From the NCBI GenBank assembly GCA_964651815.1, contig CAZYWG010000001.1, positions 129,189 through 193,188 on the forward strand: a DNA stretch of 64,000 bases, given 5' to 3'. Shown here piece after piece: positions 1 through 9,560 of the stretch. This DNA is from an uncultured Gammaproteobacteria bacterium (GTDB lineage Bacteria; Patescibacteriota; Microgenomatia; Levybacterales; GWA1-39-11). Positions within the stretch are counted from its first letter, which is position 1. Every line of letters begins with the position of its first letter. The notes under the pieces are model-generated. The model did no database searches and had not been told where the DNA came from. It saw only the letters and a list, made by a program, of their open reading frames with translations. The translations under genes and the position numbers were made by a program.

Positions 1-276
1 GAAGACTCCGTCCCCACAACAGCTCCAACCCCAGTCCCAAGTGAAACAATTTCTCCTACGCAGGCTTTACAAACAAACGTTTTGATAACAAATACTCCAA
101 CTGGGTTTTTAAGAGTGCGGGCAACACCTTCTGTGGGAGGCACCCAAATTGCAGAAGTCAAACCTGGAGAAAAATATATATATGTAGATGAAAATGATTC
201 CTGGTTTGAAATTCAGTTAAATGACGGATCAAAAGGCTGGGTTAGTAAATCCTACACGCAAAAGGTTAACCAATAA
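1..276 (+). CDS. C-terminal fragment of a larger secreted protein: Pro/Thr-rich linker followed by a bacterial SH3 (SH3b) domain (5' partial; the frame is open from base 1)
   Basis: The frame is open from position 1 and in-frame with listed ORF 82-276. The Thr/Pro linker VPTTAPTPVPSETISPT is followed by an SH3b-like sequence GFLRVRATPSVGGTQIAEVKPGEKYIYVDENDSWFEIQLNDGSKGWVSKSY. Confidence 0.6.
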   Translation, partial: EDSVPTTAPTPVPSETISPTQALQTNVLITNTPTGFLRVRATPSVGGTQIAEVKPGEKYIYVDENDSWFEIQLNDGSKGWVSKSYTQKVNQ

Positions 277-1207
277 AGTAAATAACTGTGATTGCCAAAA
301 TTCCCCAAAGAATAACTGACGCAAGTAACGACTTGTCGGAAAGAAGTACGCGGTCTGGCGACTCTCCTTCGTGTTTTTCGTAAATATCCTGTAAATATCG
401 CATGAGTCCATAAACAACCGGCAGAATTGTTATCATGAGCCACTTTCTTTGAAGATAGTACGGTAAAAAATCGGGAAGCAATATTGAAAGCGAAATCCTA
501 ACGCCTGATGGATTTTCTAGAAAAGTGAAAAGTGAATAAAAAATAAAAGTCGATGTTGCAAAAATTACAGTGTATGCAACTAGCAAATCTTCAGAATAAT
601 GGGATAAGCTCTGTCTAATTTCTTCAACGCGTGTTCCTTTATAAGATCTAAGTAAAGTTAATTCCGATCGCCTTTTCCCAATTGCCAAAAAAAGCGATAA
701 GCAAATAGTAGTTAAGAGAAGCCAAACTGAAAGATGATATCCAGTTATCACTTCCCCAGAAAAAACTCTCAATATATATCCGGTCGCAATAAAAAATATA
801 TCGAATATGACAACTGATTTAAAAACGTAAGAATACAATAATTGAAGTACAAGATAAACAAGCGCCAAAAAGAAAAATGCACTACTAATTGATCTTGAAA
901 TAAGGAGTGCAATAGTTATTATTACTATAAAAATAATAATTGCCTCTGTGGTGCTAATTAAACCGGATGCAATTGGCCTCGCCCGTTTAAATGGATGGAG
1001 TTTATCTTTTCCTATATCAACAATGTCATTAACAATATAAGTGGACGATGAAAGAAAACAAAATGCAATAAATCCAAGAATTACTCTTAAAAGAGCATCT
1101 GCAACAAAAAGTTGACCTCCAAAGATAATCGCCGCAAATAATGCAACGTTTTTAATCCACTGCCGCGGCCTAAGAAGTTTTAAAATATAAAATAAATGCT
1201 TAAGCAT
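266..1207 (-). CDS. UbiA-family prenyltransferase, decaprenyl-phosphate phosphoribosyltransferase (DPPR synthase)-like
   Basis: Polytopic membrane protein with an Asp-rich motif NDIVDIGKDKLHPFKRARPIASG (NDxxDxxxD followed by RPIASG), typical of UbiA/DPPR synthases. Confidence 0.7.
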   Translation of the reverse strand: MLKHLFYILKLLRPRQWIKNVALFAAIIFGGQLFVADALLRVILGFIAFCFLSSSTYIVNDIVDIGKDKLHPFKRARPIASGLISTTEAIIIFIVIITIALLISRSISSAFFFLALVYLVLQLLYSYVFKSVVIFDIFFIATGYILRVFSGEVITGYHLSVWLLLTTICLSLFLAIGKRRSELTLLRSYKGTRVEEIRQSLSHYSEDLLVAYTVIFATSTFIFYSLFTFLENPSGVRISLSILLPDFLPYYLQRKWLMITILPVVYGLMRYLQDIYEKHEGESPDRVLLSDKSLLASVILWGILAITVIYFIG

Positions 1208-2261
1208 TTTCTACTCCTCCCTTTTTAGCAATAAACTTTAGGGTTAAAATAAATGCACCAACTACAACAACTACTAGAATTATAGCAAAAAGCTTGCCAC
1301 GACTCGATAGATTTAAAGCAAAGAACCCAAGCAGCAATGAAACTGCCCAATAAAATATTGCAATTTTTCTTTGTCCAAACCCTTGAGCAAGAAGTAAGTG
1401 GTGCAAATGTTCCCTGTCTCCTTTAAAAGGCGAGCGTCCCGACAAAATTCTACGTAAAAAAATAAACACAAAATCTGCAGCGGGCACTCCCATAACTAGT
1501 AACGCAGTTGCGAGTTTTGCCCCAGACATGATTGATAAAACCCCCAGTAAAAAACCAAGAATTGTTGCCGAATAACCAGGGAAAATTTTAGCCGGATAAA
1601 AATTGTAGAACAAGAATCCCAGTGCTGCTCCTGCAACTATAAAAGAAGCTTCTGCAACAATAATATTTCCTTGTGTTAAAACCGGGAATCTTAGTGAAGC
1701 AATTCCAATAGATATTGCGGCGATTGCTGCAATCCCCGGCATCTGACCATCAACTCCTTTACTCCAATTAAGCATGTTCATAATCCAAACAATCCACAGA
1801 ATTGCGAGTATCGATTGAACTGAAAACGAAATGCCAAAAATATTGTATGTGAAGCCGGCAAAATGTAGTATTCCTCCAAACGGATTTGTAATAAAAGATA
1901 TATGCACACCAATAAAAACAACTATTGCTGCGCAAATAATGTTTCCTCCAAACCTTAAATAAGGCGATAAATCATACCTATCATCTAGAAGTCCAATGAT
2001 AACCGCTAGTCCTCCGGCTAAGATTATTGAAATAAATATTTTATCAAGCGGTATGAAGAACAAAAATCCAAGAATTGCCCCAATATAAATGGGTAAACCG
2101 CCTGCCCTGGGAAGTGTTTTCTTATGGATTATAGCCGGATGCTTGTGTTTTTTGGGATCATCGACCAATTTAAATTTGTTTGCCAAAATAATTGTGACTG
2201 GAATTAGTATTAAGACAACAAAAAATGAAAACAAAAAAGGGATTAAAAAATTAACAATCAT
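1200..2261 (-). CDS. Polyprenyl-phosphate sugar-1-phosphate transferase of the MraY/WecA family (glycosyltransferase family 4)
   Basis: 353-aa polytopic protein with DDRYDLSPYLRF and NMLNWSKGVDGQ motifs resembling the MraY/WecA DDxxD and NxxNxxDGxDG motifs. It overlaps the UbiA gene by 8 nt. Confidence 0.65.
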   Translation of the reverse strand: MIVNFLIPFLFSFFVVLILIPVTIILANKFKLVDDPKKHKHPAIIHKKTLPRAGGLPIYIGAILGFLFFIPLDKIFISIILAGGLAVIIGLLDDRYDLSPYLRFGGNIICAAIVVFIGVHISFITNPFGGILHFAGFTYNIFGISFSVQSILAILWIVWIMNMLNWSKGVDGQMPGIAAIAAISIGIASLRFPVLTQGNIIVAEASFIVAGAALGFLFYNFYPAKIFPGYSATILGFLLGVLSIMSGAKLATALLVMGVPAADFVFIFLRRILSGRSPFKGDREHLHHLLLAQGFGQRKIAIFYWAVSLLLGFFALNLSSRGKLFAIILVVVVVGAFILTLKFIAKKGGVENA

Positions 2262-2264
2262 ATT

Positions 2265-2663
2265 TTAAAAAACCAAAAAAATTATTTGCCCAAATGCTAC
2301 TAAAGATAGCATTGTAAACAACAGGCAATTAAAAGAAAGTATTCTTGAGATAAGAGTATTTGTTCTATAAAATATTGTTGAAAGGATATTGTTTAAAATG
2401 AATACCAACACCAGTATTAATGGAATAAAAAGTATTGCCCATGATGGATAAAGCCTGTCAACGCCCCATGGGTTACTATTAAGTAAAGGAATTAATGGAG
2501 GGAGTTTTGGCAAAATAAACAATATAAATAAAGTTTGTATTACAATTAAAAATTCAGCTGCAGATATAGAATATTTTATTATCTTGTCAGAGAAAACTTC
2601 TTTAAAACTGTCTTTCATAAATAGTTGAATTTGAAAATTTATATCTGAGATCGTAACCGTCAA
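2265..2663 (-). CDS. Small hydrophobic membrane protein, function unknown (start possibly at the internal Met near 2618)
   Basis: ORF with 3-4 predicted TM helices. It overlaps the upstream GT-C gene by 17-62 nt depending on the start. Confidence 0.35.
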   Translation of the reverse strand: MTVTISDINFQIQLFMKDSFKEVFSDKIIKYSISAAEFLIVIQTLFILFILPKLPPLIPLLNSNPWGVDRLYPSWAILFIPLILVLVFILNNILSTIFYRTNTLISRILSFNCLLFTMLSLVAFGQIIFLVF

Positions 2664-4104
2664 GAAAACTTGCTATCTCAGGACCTTCTTTTGTTTGAAT
2701 TATATATCGTGGGTTTTTTTGTGCAATAGCTTTTTTAGTCTCTTCTACCGCATTTTTGTAAAAAGTTATGTGATATGCAACGGCGTAACGCCCTGGCGGA
2801 AGCTTTCCAGTGAGCGCGTATATTTGAGCGCTGTCACTCCACAAGAAAATACCTTGAGACTTAATTGTGTTTAAATTTATAAATCTTGCAATATCATAAT
2901 CACGAGGTGTGTTATGGTCAAAAAAAGTTTGATAAGAAACAAGATTCTTACCTCCTGTAACGAAAGAAAAATAGTTTTGATAATAAGGAATAATTTTTGT
3001 ATAAAATTTAAAATTATGATTTATAAAAAATAAAATAATTAAAATTAGTGGGATTGTAAACATAAGATGTTTTTTACTTTCTATCATATAACCTAATACA
3101 AGCGATGCTGCCGGAAGAACAACCAAGAGATAGTGGGTGTAAGGACGAGCTGAAAAAAAGGCGTCAAACACTGAGAAGAAAAACCAGATGAAAATAACAA
3201 ACCCAAGTTTTCCTAAACTTTTCCTAAAACGAAAAGTAATTAAAGTAGCAATCACGAGTAAGAACAGTTTTAGAAATATCAATCCCATTGGAAAAAGAAA
3301 AAAATTTCCATAACCAACGTACCCAACATTTTGCGAAAAAGTAGCACGGAAAAAATCCAAAATTGCGCTATTTAAAAAGAAATATAACGAAGTTAAAATG
3401 ATGGGAATTATAAACGCTATAAGCAAAACCGTTTCCTGCTGAAAAGTTTTAAAAAGATTTTTTACTTCAATTACAACGTCTTTTTTTGTGAAAGTTATTT
3501 TATCAAAAAACCTCATTCCAAATGTTGCAACTGAAAATGCTGCTAAATCAAAAATTGCAACGATTTTGGTTAAAAAAGCCAGCGAAAGTAATACCCCAGC
3601 CAAACTAATATTCAAAAAGGAATTTTTATTACGGTTTACAAAAAGTAGATAAAAAGCAATAAGTGTGGGTAGAACCATGAAATTTTCAGCATTTGCAATA
3701 TTTCCTTCAATAATGGGCAAACCAAACATTAAAGCAAAAAATGCGGTTGAAATAAAAATAGAATAAATGTTACTAAAAATCTTTTTAGCAATTACAAAAA
3801 ATACTAAAACTGATAATAAGCCGACAATTAAAGAAGCAAGCTTTGAGTAGAACTGATCACCATTAAATAATGCATATATAAGGTATAAAATTGGCGGTTT
3901 GTTGTCCCATATTTGGCTATACAAAATTCTACCATTCCGAATAGCGGAACCAACAACCTCATATATTCCTTCATCACCGTACCAATATGGCTCTGATACG
4001 CTGGGTAAACGAAATAAGGAAAAAAATAAAACTACTATTGAAATAAAAAAAACTTCAATATTATTGAAGTGAATATCTAGAAAATCCTCAATACTTTTGA
4101 TCAT
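2602..4104 (-). CDS. GT-C fold glycosyltransferase, ArnT/PMT (GT39/GT83)-like polyprenyl-phosphate-sugar-dependent transferase
   Basis: 500-aa protein with more than 10 TM helices. The N-terminal loop motif YWYGDEGIYEVVGSAIRNGRILYSQIWDNKPPILYLIYALF is typical of the PMT_2/ArnT family. Confidence 0.6.
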   Translation of the reverse strand: MIKSIEDFLDIHFNNIEVFFISIVVLFFSLFRLPSVSEPYWYGDEGIYEVVGSAIRNGRILYSQIWDNKPPILYLIYALFNGDQFYSKLASLIVGLLSVLVFFVIAKKIFSNIYSIFISTAFFALMFGLPIIEGNIANAENFMVLPTLIAFYLLFVNRNKNSFLNISLAGVLLSLAFLTKIVAIFDLAAFSVATFGMRFFDKITFTKKDVVIEVKNLFKTFQQETVLLIAFIIPIILTSLYFFLNSAILDFFRATFSQNVGYVGYGNFFLFPMGLIFLKLFLLVIATLITFRFRKSLGKLGFVIFIWFFFSVFDAFFSARPYTHYLLVVLPAASLVLGYMIESKKHLMFTIPLILIILFFINHNFKFYTKIIPYYQNYFSFVTGGKNLVSYQTFFDHNTPRDYDIARFINLNTIKSQGIFLWSDSAQIYALTGKLPPGRYAVAYHITFYKNAVEETKKAIAQKNPRYIIQTKEGPEIASFLDGYDLRYKFSNSTIYERQF

Positions 4105-5594
4105 GATTTCTCAGTGACACGGTACTCAAGTCTCTTCCCAATTATCAATTGCACGTGTGATATTAAAGCCGGCAGAGACGAAAGGAAAAAACCGGAAATT
4201 GGCATGAGCACAAATTCAAGCGGAAATATAAATTGCCTAAATTTTGAAACTTTTGTTTTTTTGTTTCTCATATCAAAATCTATGTATATCAAAACAAACA
4301 ATGCGAATAAACATAGCGTTAAAATAAATCCGGACATTCTTGGTAAGTTATACCCAAGACTCGTCCTGGTAAAAACAGGGTTAAGAAAAGCAATTAGATT
4401 GGCTGAGATTGTAATTATGTACCAGTTAACTGGCCAAAGGATATGGTCTAATAGTACATTTCCAACAAGATACGTTTTCTTCCAGAATGGGGCCTCATGT
4501 GCAAGTATCCACCATTTTACATATACGGCATCGTCTGAAATTCCCCATGACCAGCGCCTTTCTTGGTTATATTTGTTAAGAAGACTTTTTGTATAAGTTG
4601 CAGATCTAGGCGCATCCATGGATGTTTTCAAAAAAATTGGATCAACACTTACCTTTCCATTAGTTGCGAAAAACGCCTTAAAGAAAATTCTATAATCTTC
4701 CGGAATTACATCAGTATCCCAATAATTTATTTCCTTTAACAACTTAAAAGAAAGTGAGTATACGGAATTAGGAATTAACCTTAAACCTTGGACTAATAGA
4801 GAAATTCGCCATAAACTCCCAAAAAATGAAATTATCCTAATAAATGAAGGCACCTGCCAGAAATTATTGTATGTAACGTTTGCAGATTGCCAAAAAAGCC
4901 TATGTGGATCAGGAGATCTTAAGAATTCGTAAGACAGATAAGCAAAAAATTGTTGATCAAATATCGCGTCGGCATCTACTGATGAGACGGTTAAAAAGTT
5001 GACGTCGATTTTACGTTCGTCGAGTAAAATTTTTTCAGCGCAACGTCCTGCATATGCTTGATTTGATGATTTTCCTTTTACTTCAAGTGGACTATCCGGG
5101 TGGAAAGTTGAATAAAATCCACCAAAAACGTTTTTATATTCTAACGCAAGCATCTTTGCTTTTTCTTTAGCATCTGTTTCTCTTTCTTCAAACGCTATAA
5201 AAACATAGATTCTTTCAGTCGGAAACGTTTGCTCCCTAAACGAGTCAATTGTTTCTTTAATTTTTGCGAGACTCTCTTGATATGTTGGAATGATTACAAC
5301 GTGCCCTAGTTTTGAAAAATTTGGCAAAACTTTTGCTTTTGAAAGGAAATCAGTTTTTTCAGCTTTTTTAATCTTTCTCGAAGCAATGAAAGCGCAAATT
5401 GCTAAATTCCCGGATTTATAAAGCCAGTACATATTGAAAAAAATTATAAAGTATGCAAGCTGAGTAGGAAAAAAAATCGCACCCCAAAAGGGCATACTTA
5501 TTAAAAAGATTGCAAAAGTTGGAGGAATTATTTCTAATAATCGGATTGATTTTCTAGGGTATCTTGTAAAGATTTTTGTTGCTAGAGTGTGCAT
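4101..5594 (-). CDS. Processive family-2 glycosyltransferase (cellulose/chitin/hyaluronan synthase-like) flanked by TM helices
   Basis: N- and C-terminal TM helices surround a GT2 core with VVIIPTYQES, a DxD-like SSVDADAIF motif and the Q(Q/R)xRW motif QERRWSWG. Confidence 0.7.
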   Translation of the reverse strand: MHTLATKIFTRYPRKSIRLLEIIPPTFAIFLISMPFWGAIFFPTQLAYFIIFFNMYWLYKSGNLAICAFIASRKIKKAEKTDFLSKAKVLPNFSKLGHVVIIPTYQESLAKIKETIDSFREQTFPTERIYVFIAFEERETDAKEKAKMLALEYKNVFGGFYSTFHPDSPLEVKGKSSNQAYAGRCAEKILLDERKIDVNFLTVSSVDADAIFDQQFFAYLSYEFLRSPDPHRLFWQSANVTYNNFWQVPSFIRIISFFGSLWRISLLVQGLRLIPNSVYSLSFKLLKEINYWDTDVIPEDYRIFFKAFFATNGKVSVDPIFLKTSMDAPRSATYTKSLLNKYNQERRWSWGISDDAVYVKWWILAHEAPFWKKTYLVGNVLLDHILWPVNWYIITISANLIAFLNPVFTRTSLGYNLPRMSGFILTLCLFALFVLIYIDFDMRNKKTKVSKFRQFIFPLEFVLMPISGFFLSSLPALISHVQLIIGKRLEYRVTEKS

Positions 5595-5599
5595 ATGTT

Positions 5600-6430
5600 T
5601 TACGGTTTCAGCTGGAACAGGTGCTCAAAATTTGAGTAAATTTGGCTTTGAAAATCAGCAAAAGTCACGCCGGTAAGCTGTGCCAAATAATCACCTATAA
5701 TTATAACATTTTTAGGCTCGTTACGTTGCCCGCGTAACGGAACGGGTGTAAGAAATGGTGCATCTGTCTCGGTTAAAATTCGGTCAAGCGGAACCTCTCT
5801 TGCAAGGTCTGGCAAAGCTACTGTTTCGCCGGGTGCGATACCCTTATAAGTAATATTTCCGTCAAACCCTATAAAAAATCCTAATTCCAGCGCATCTTTT
5901 AAAACTTCTTGAGTCCCGGCAAAACAATGAAACATTCCGGGTGGATTTTGGAAACGACTTTTGTATTCTCCAAGTATTCTAACTACATCTTCGCCGGCCA
6001 AACGATTATGAATTTGCAAAGGTAATTTTAACTCGATCGAAAGCTCAATCTGTTGGCGAAATGTCTCTTCCTGGATTTTCTTATCAACAATCCCGTTCGA
6101 TTTATAAGTATGGTAATCGAGGCCGATTTCACCGATTCCAATGACCTTGTCCCTCTGCGCTATTTTTCGCAAATTTTCAAACCAGTCTTTCTGGAGTTCT
6201 CCTTCAAATTCTTGATCTGCTTTATCCGCATGATGAGGGTGTACACCAACAATTGCATACATATTTTCATATTTATAAGCCAACTCAACAGCACGTATAC
6301 TTGATGGAATACTTGTACCAGTGTTAACTATCGCCTTGACTCCAGCATCGAATGCGCGGCGTGCAACTTCATCATAATCCTGGTCAAACGAGTGTAAATT
6401 TAAGTGACAATGGACATCAATCATAAGCAA
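5600..6430 (-). CDS. tatD: TatD-family metal-dependent hydrolase/DNase
   Basis: Starts MLMIDVHCHLNL, with the IGEIGLDYH and HNR motifs characteristic of TatD. Confidence 0.8.
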   Translation of the reverse strand: MLMIDVHCHLNLHSFDQDYDEVARRAFDAGVKAIVNTGTSIPSSIRAVELAYKYENMYAIVGVHPHHADKADQEFEGELQKDWFENLRKIAQRDKVIGIGEIGLDYHTYKSNGIVDKKIQEETFRQQIELSIELKLPLQIHNRLAGEDVVRILGEYKSRFQNPPGMFHCFAGTQEVLKDALELGFFIGFDGNITYKGIAPGETVALPDLAREVPLDRILTETDAPFLTPVPLRGQRNEPKNVIIIGDYLAQLTGVTFADFQSQIYSNFEHLFQLKP

Positions 6431-6484
6431 TATTTAGTATAAAGTATCATGAATTAAGTATAAAGACGTTGTATAATACGTGAC

Positions 6485-6748
6485 ATGAGTATTTCCCAAA
6501 TTGCCAACATCATAGGCTATATCGCTGCGGGAGTCGGAATAATTACATTTTTTCCTCAAGCTTTCAATGTTTGGAAAACTAAAAATACAAAAAGTATATC
6601 TTTGGGTACTTTCGTTATGCTCGCACTCGTCTCTATTTTGTGGACTACGTATGGATTTCTCATAATTGCTTATCCTGTTATCCTAGTGAATGTAGTTGTT
6701 TTTGTCATGACTGCATATATAACAATTATGAAATTAAAATACAAATGA
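6485..6748 (+). CDS. SemiSWEET / PQ-loop (MtN3-family) sugar transporter
   Basis: 87-aa protein with 3 TM helices and a PQ motif (FFPQAFNVWKTKNTKSISLGTFVMLAL). Size and topology match SemiSWEET. Confidence 0.7.
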   Translation: MSISQIANIIGYIAAGVGIITFFPQAFNVWKTKNTKSISLGTFVMLALVSILWTTYGFLIIAYPVILVNVVVFVMTAYITIMKLKYK

Positions 6749-7050
6749 TCTTAATACTTGTTAGTTTTGAAACAAATGAAGATGCGGACAAAGCCGCAAA
6801 TTTTTTAATTGATAACAAACTTGCTGCTTGCGTTGAAATTTACCCTGTCAAAAACTATTACATGTGGAAAGGTGAGAAAACAGTTGCCGATGAAATTTCA
6901 GGAGTTATCAAAACTGATGACAGATATTTTGAGAAAATCGAACAAGCACTAAAAGAAATTTTGCCCTACGAAATTCCGCAGATTATAGAAATTAAAGCCT
7001 CGAATGTGAACGACCCTTATCTCAAATGGCTCAAAGAATCAGTAAAATAA
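6745..7050 (+). CDS. cutA: CutA1 divalent-cation tolerance protein
   Basis: MILILVSFETNEDADKAANFLIDNKLAACVEIYPVKNYYMWKGE...EIPQIIEIKASNVNDPYLKWL. The ATG overlaps the SemiSWEET stop (ATGA). The longer listed ORF from 6640 has an overlapping, non-homologous N-terminus. Confidence 0.75.
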   Translation: MILILVSFETNEDADKAANFLIDNKLAACVEIYPVKNYYMWKGEKTVADEISGVIKTDDRYFEKIEQALKEILPYEIPQIIEIKASNVNDPYLKWLKESVK

Positions 7051-7366
7051 TCTAAGATTTTAGGGGGTTTGAAGGGAATGTTGTTTTTTTAAATAAATTT
7101 ATTCAAGATTATCTGGTTTTTAATCTCAACTTCCCATTATAAGGCCTGACTATTCTCTGCAAGCGTCTTACCTCTTCCATTCCTTTTGGAGCTTGGCTGT
7201 CCATTCTTTGGCTGCGCGGGCCTGCTGTTGGCCACGCTTGTTTCATCTCGCGCAAATGCTCCACCATTTGCCAATTATTCTAATTCACAAAAAAAATTTA
7301 ATCAAGTATTGTTTTTTTGAGGACTTTGTTGGATTATTTTAATCTCGTATTTTGGGGATTTAAGAA

Positions 7367-9016
<1,650 letters not shown>

Positions 9017-9093
9017 TTAAATTTTTATAATCGATAGATAAAAATTTAAGTCACACTGAGGACCCTAAGTCCGAAGTGCAACCTTAATTTCCT

Positions 9094-9405
9094 CTACCCA
9101 ACGACTGCGAGTATATCTTTTTCCTCAACTATTGTCCATTCTTCATTTCCTACTTTGACTTCATTTCCGCCCCATTTTTTGTACATTACTTTTTCCCCAA
9201 CTTTAACAGTCATTTTCCTAATTTCCCCTTTTGGTGTCACTTCTCCATCTCCTATTGCCATAACCATTCCAACTTGAGGTTTTTCTTTTGCTGTCTCTGG
9301 CAAATAAATTCCGCCTGCGGTTTTTCCTTCCGCTTCAAGCGGTTTTATTAAAACATTATTAAATAGAGGTTTGATTGCTGAATTAGTTGTACTCACTTTT
9401 GTCAT
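9094..9405 (-). CDS. groS: Co-chaperonin GroES (Cpn10)
   Basis: 103-aa protein with IKPLFNNVLIKPLEAEGKTAGGIYLPETAKEKPQVGMVMAIGDG, immediately upstream of groEL on the same strand. Confidence 0.95.
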   Translation of the reverse strand: MTKVSTTNSAIKPLFNNVLIKPLEAEGKTAGGIYLPETAKEKPQVGMVMAIGDGEVTPKGEIRKMTVKVGEKVMYKKWGGNEVKVGNEEWTIVEEKDILAVVG

Positions 9406-9419
9406 AATCTCGATTTAGT

Positions 9420-9448
9420 ATTCTAAGAGAAACTGAAAAATTTGTCAA
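9420..9448 (-). promoter_or_regulatory. Near-consensus sigma70-type promoter for groES-groEL (TTGACA-17-TAGAAT)
   Basis: On the minus strand, TTGACA (9448-9443), a 17-nt spacer and TAGAAT (9425-9420) lie about 14 nt upstream of the groES ATG. No CIRCE inverted repeat was found. Confidence 0.45.
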
Positions 9449-9560
9449 GAGGCTACTCCGACTGCTAATTCATTCTCTAAAAGGCATTTGACTTATATGT
9501 GAAAATTGGCTACGCTATTACAAACGCAAGAATACTGCGTTTTAATCTTATTGTAAAGCC

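Noticed and set aside
4114-4596. 160-aa plus-strand ORF
   Set aside because: It is antisense to the well-supported GT2 gene at 4101-5594 and is a shadow ORF.
6640-7050. 136-aa ORF start for the CutA-like gene
   Set aside because: Its first 35 codons overlap the SemiSWEET gene in another frame and have no CutA homology. The ATG at 6745, overlapping the SemiSWEET stop, gives a canonical ~102-aa CutA.
7255-7268. CTCCACCA on the plus strand, with GGGGG near 7063, as the ends of a possible tmRNA
   Set aside because: No T-arm (GGTTCGAATCC-like) precedes the putative acceptor. The span of about 207 nt is too short. The pairing of the two ends is imperfect. This is not supported as ssrA.
9406-9560. 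CIRCE/HrcA operator (TTAGCACTC-N9-GAGTGCTAA) upstream of groES
   Set aside because: A direct search of this region on both strands found only a weak half-site-like string (gactgctaa). No inverted repeat is present.
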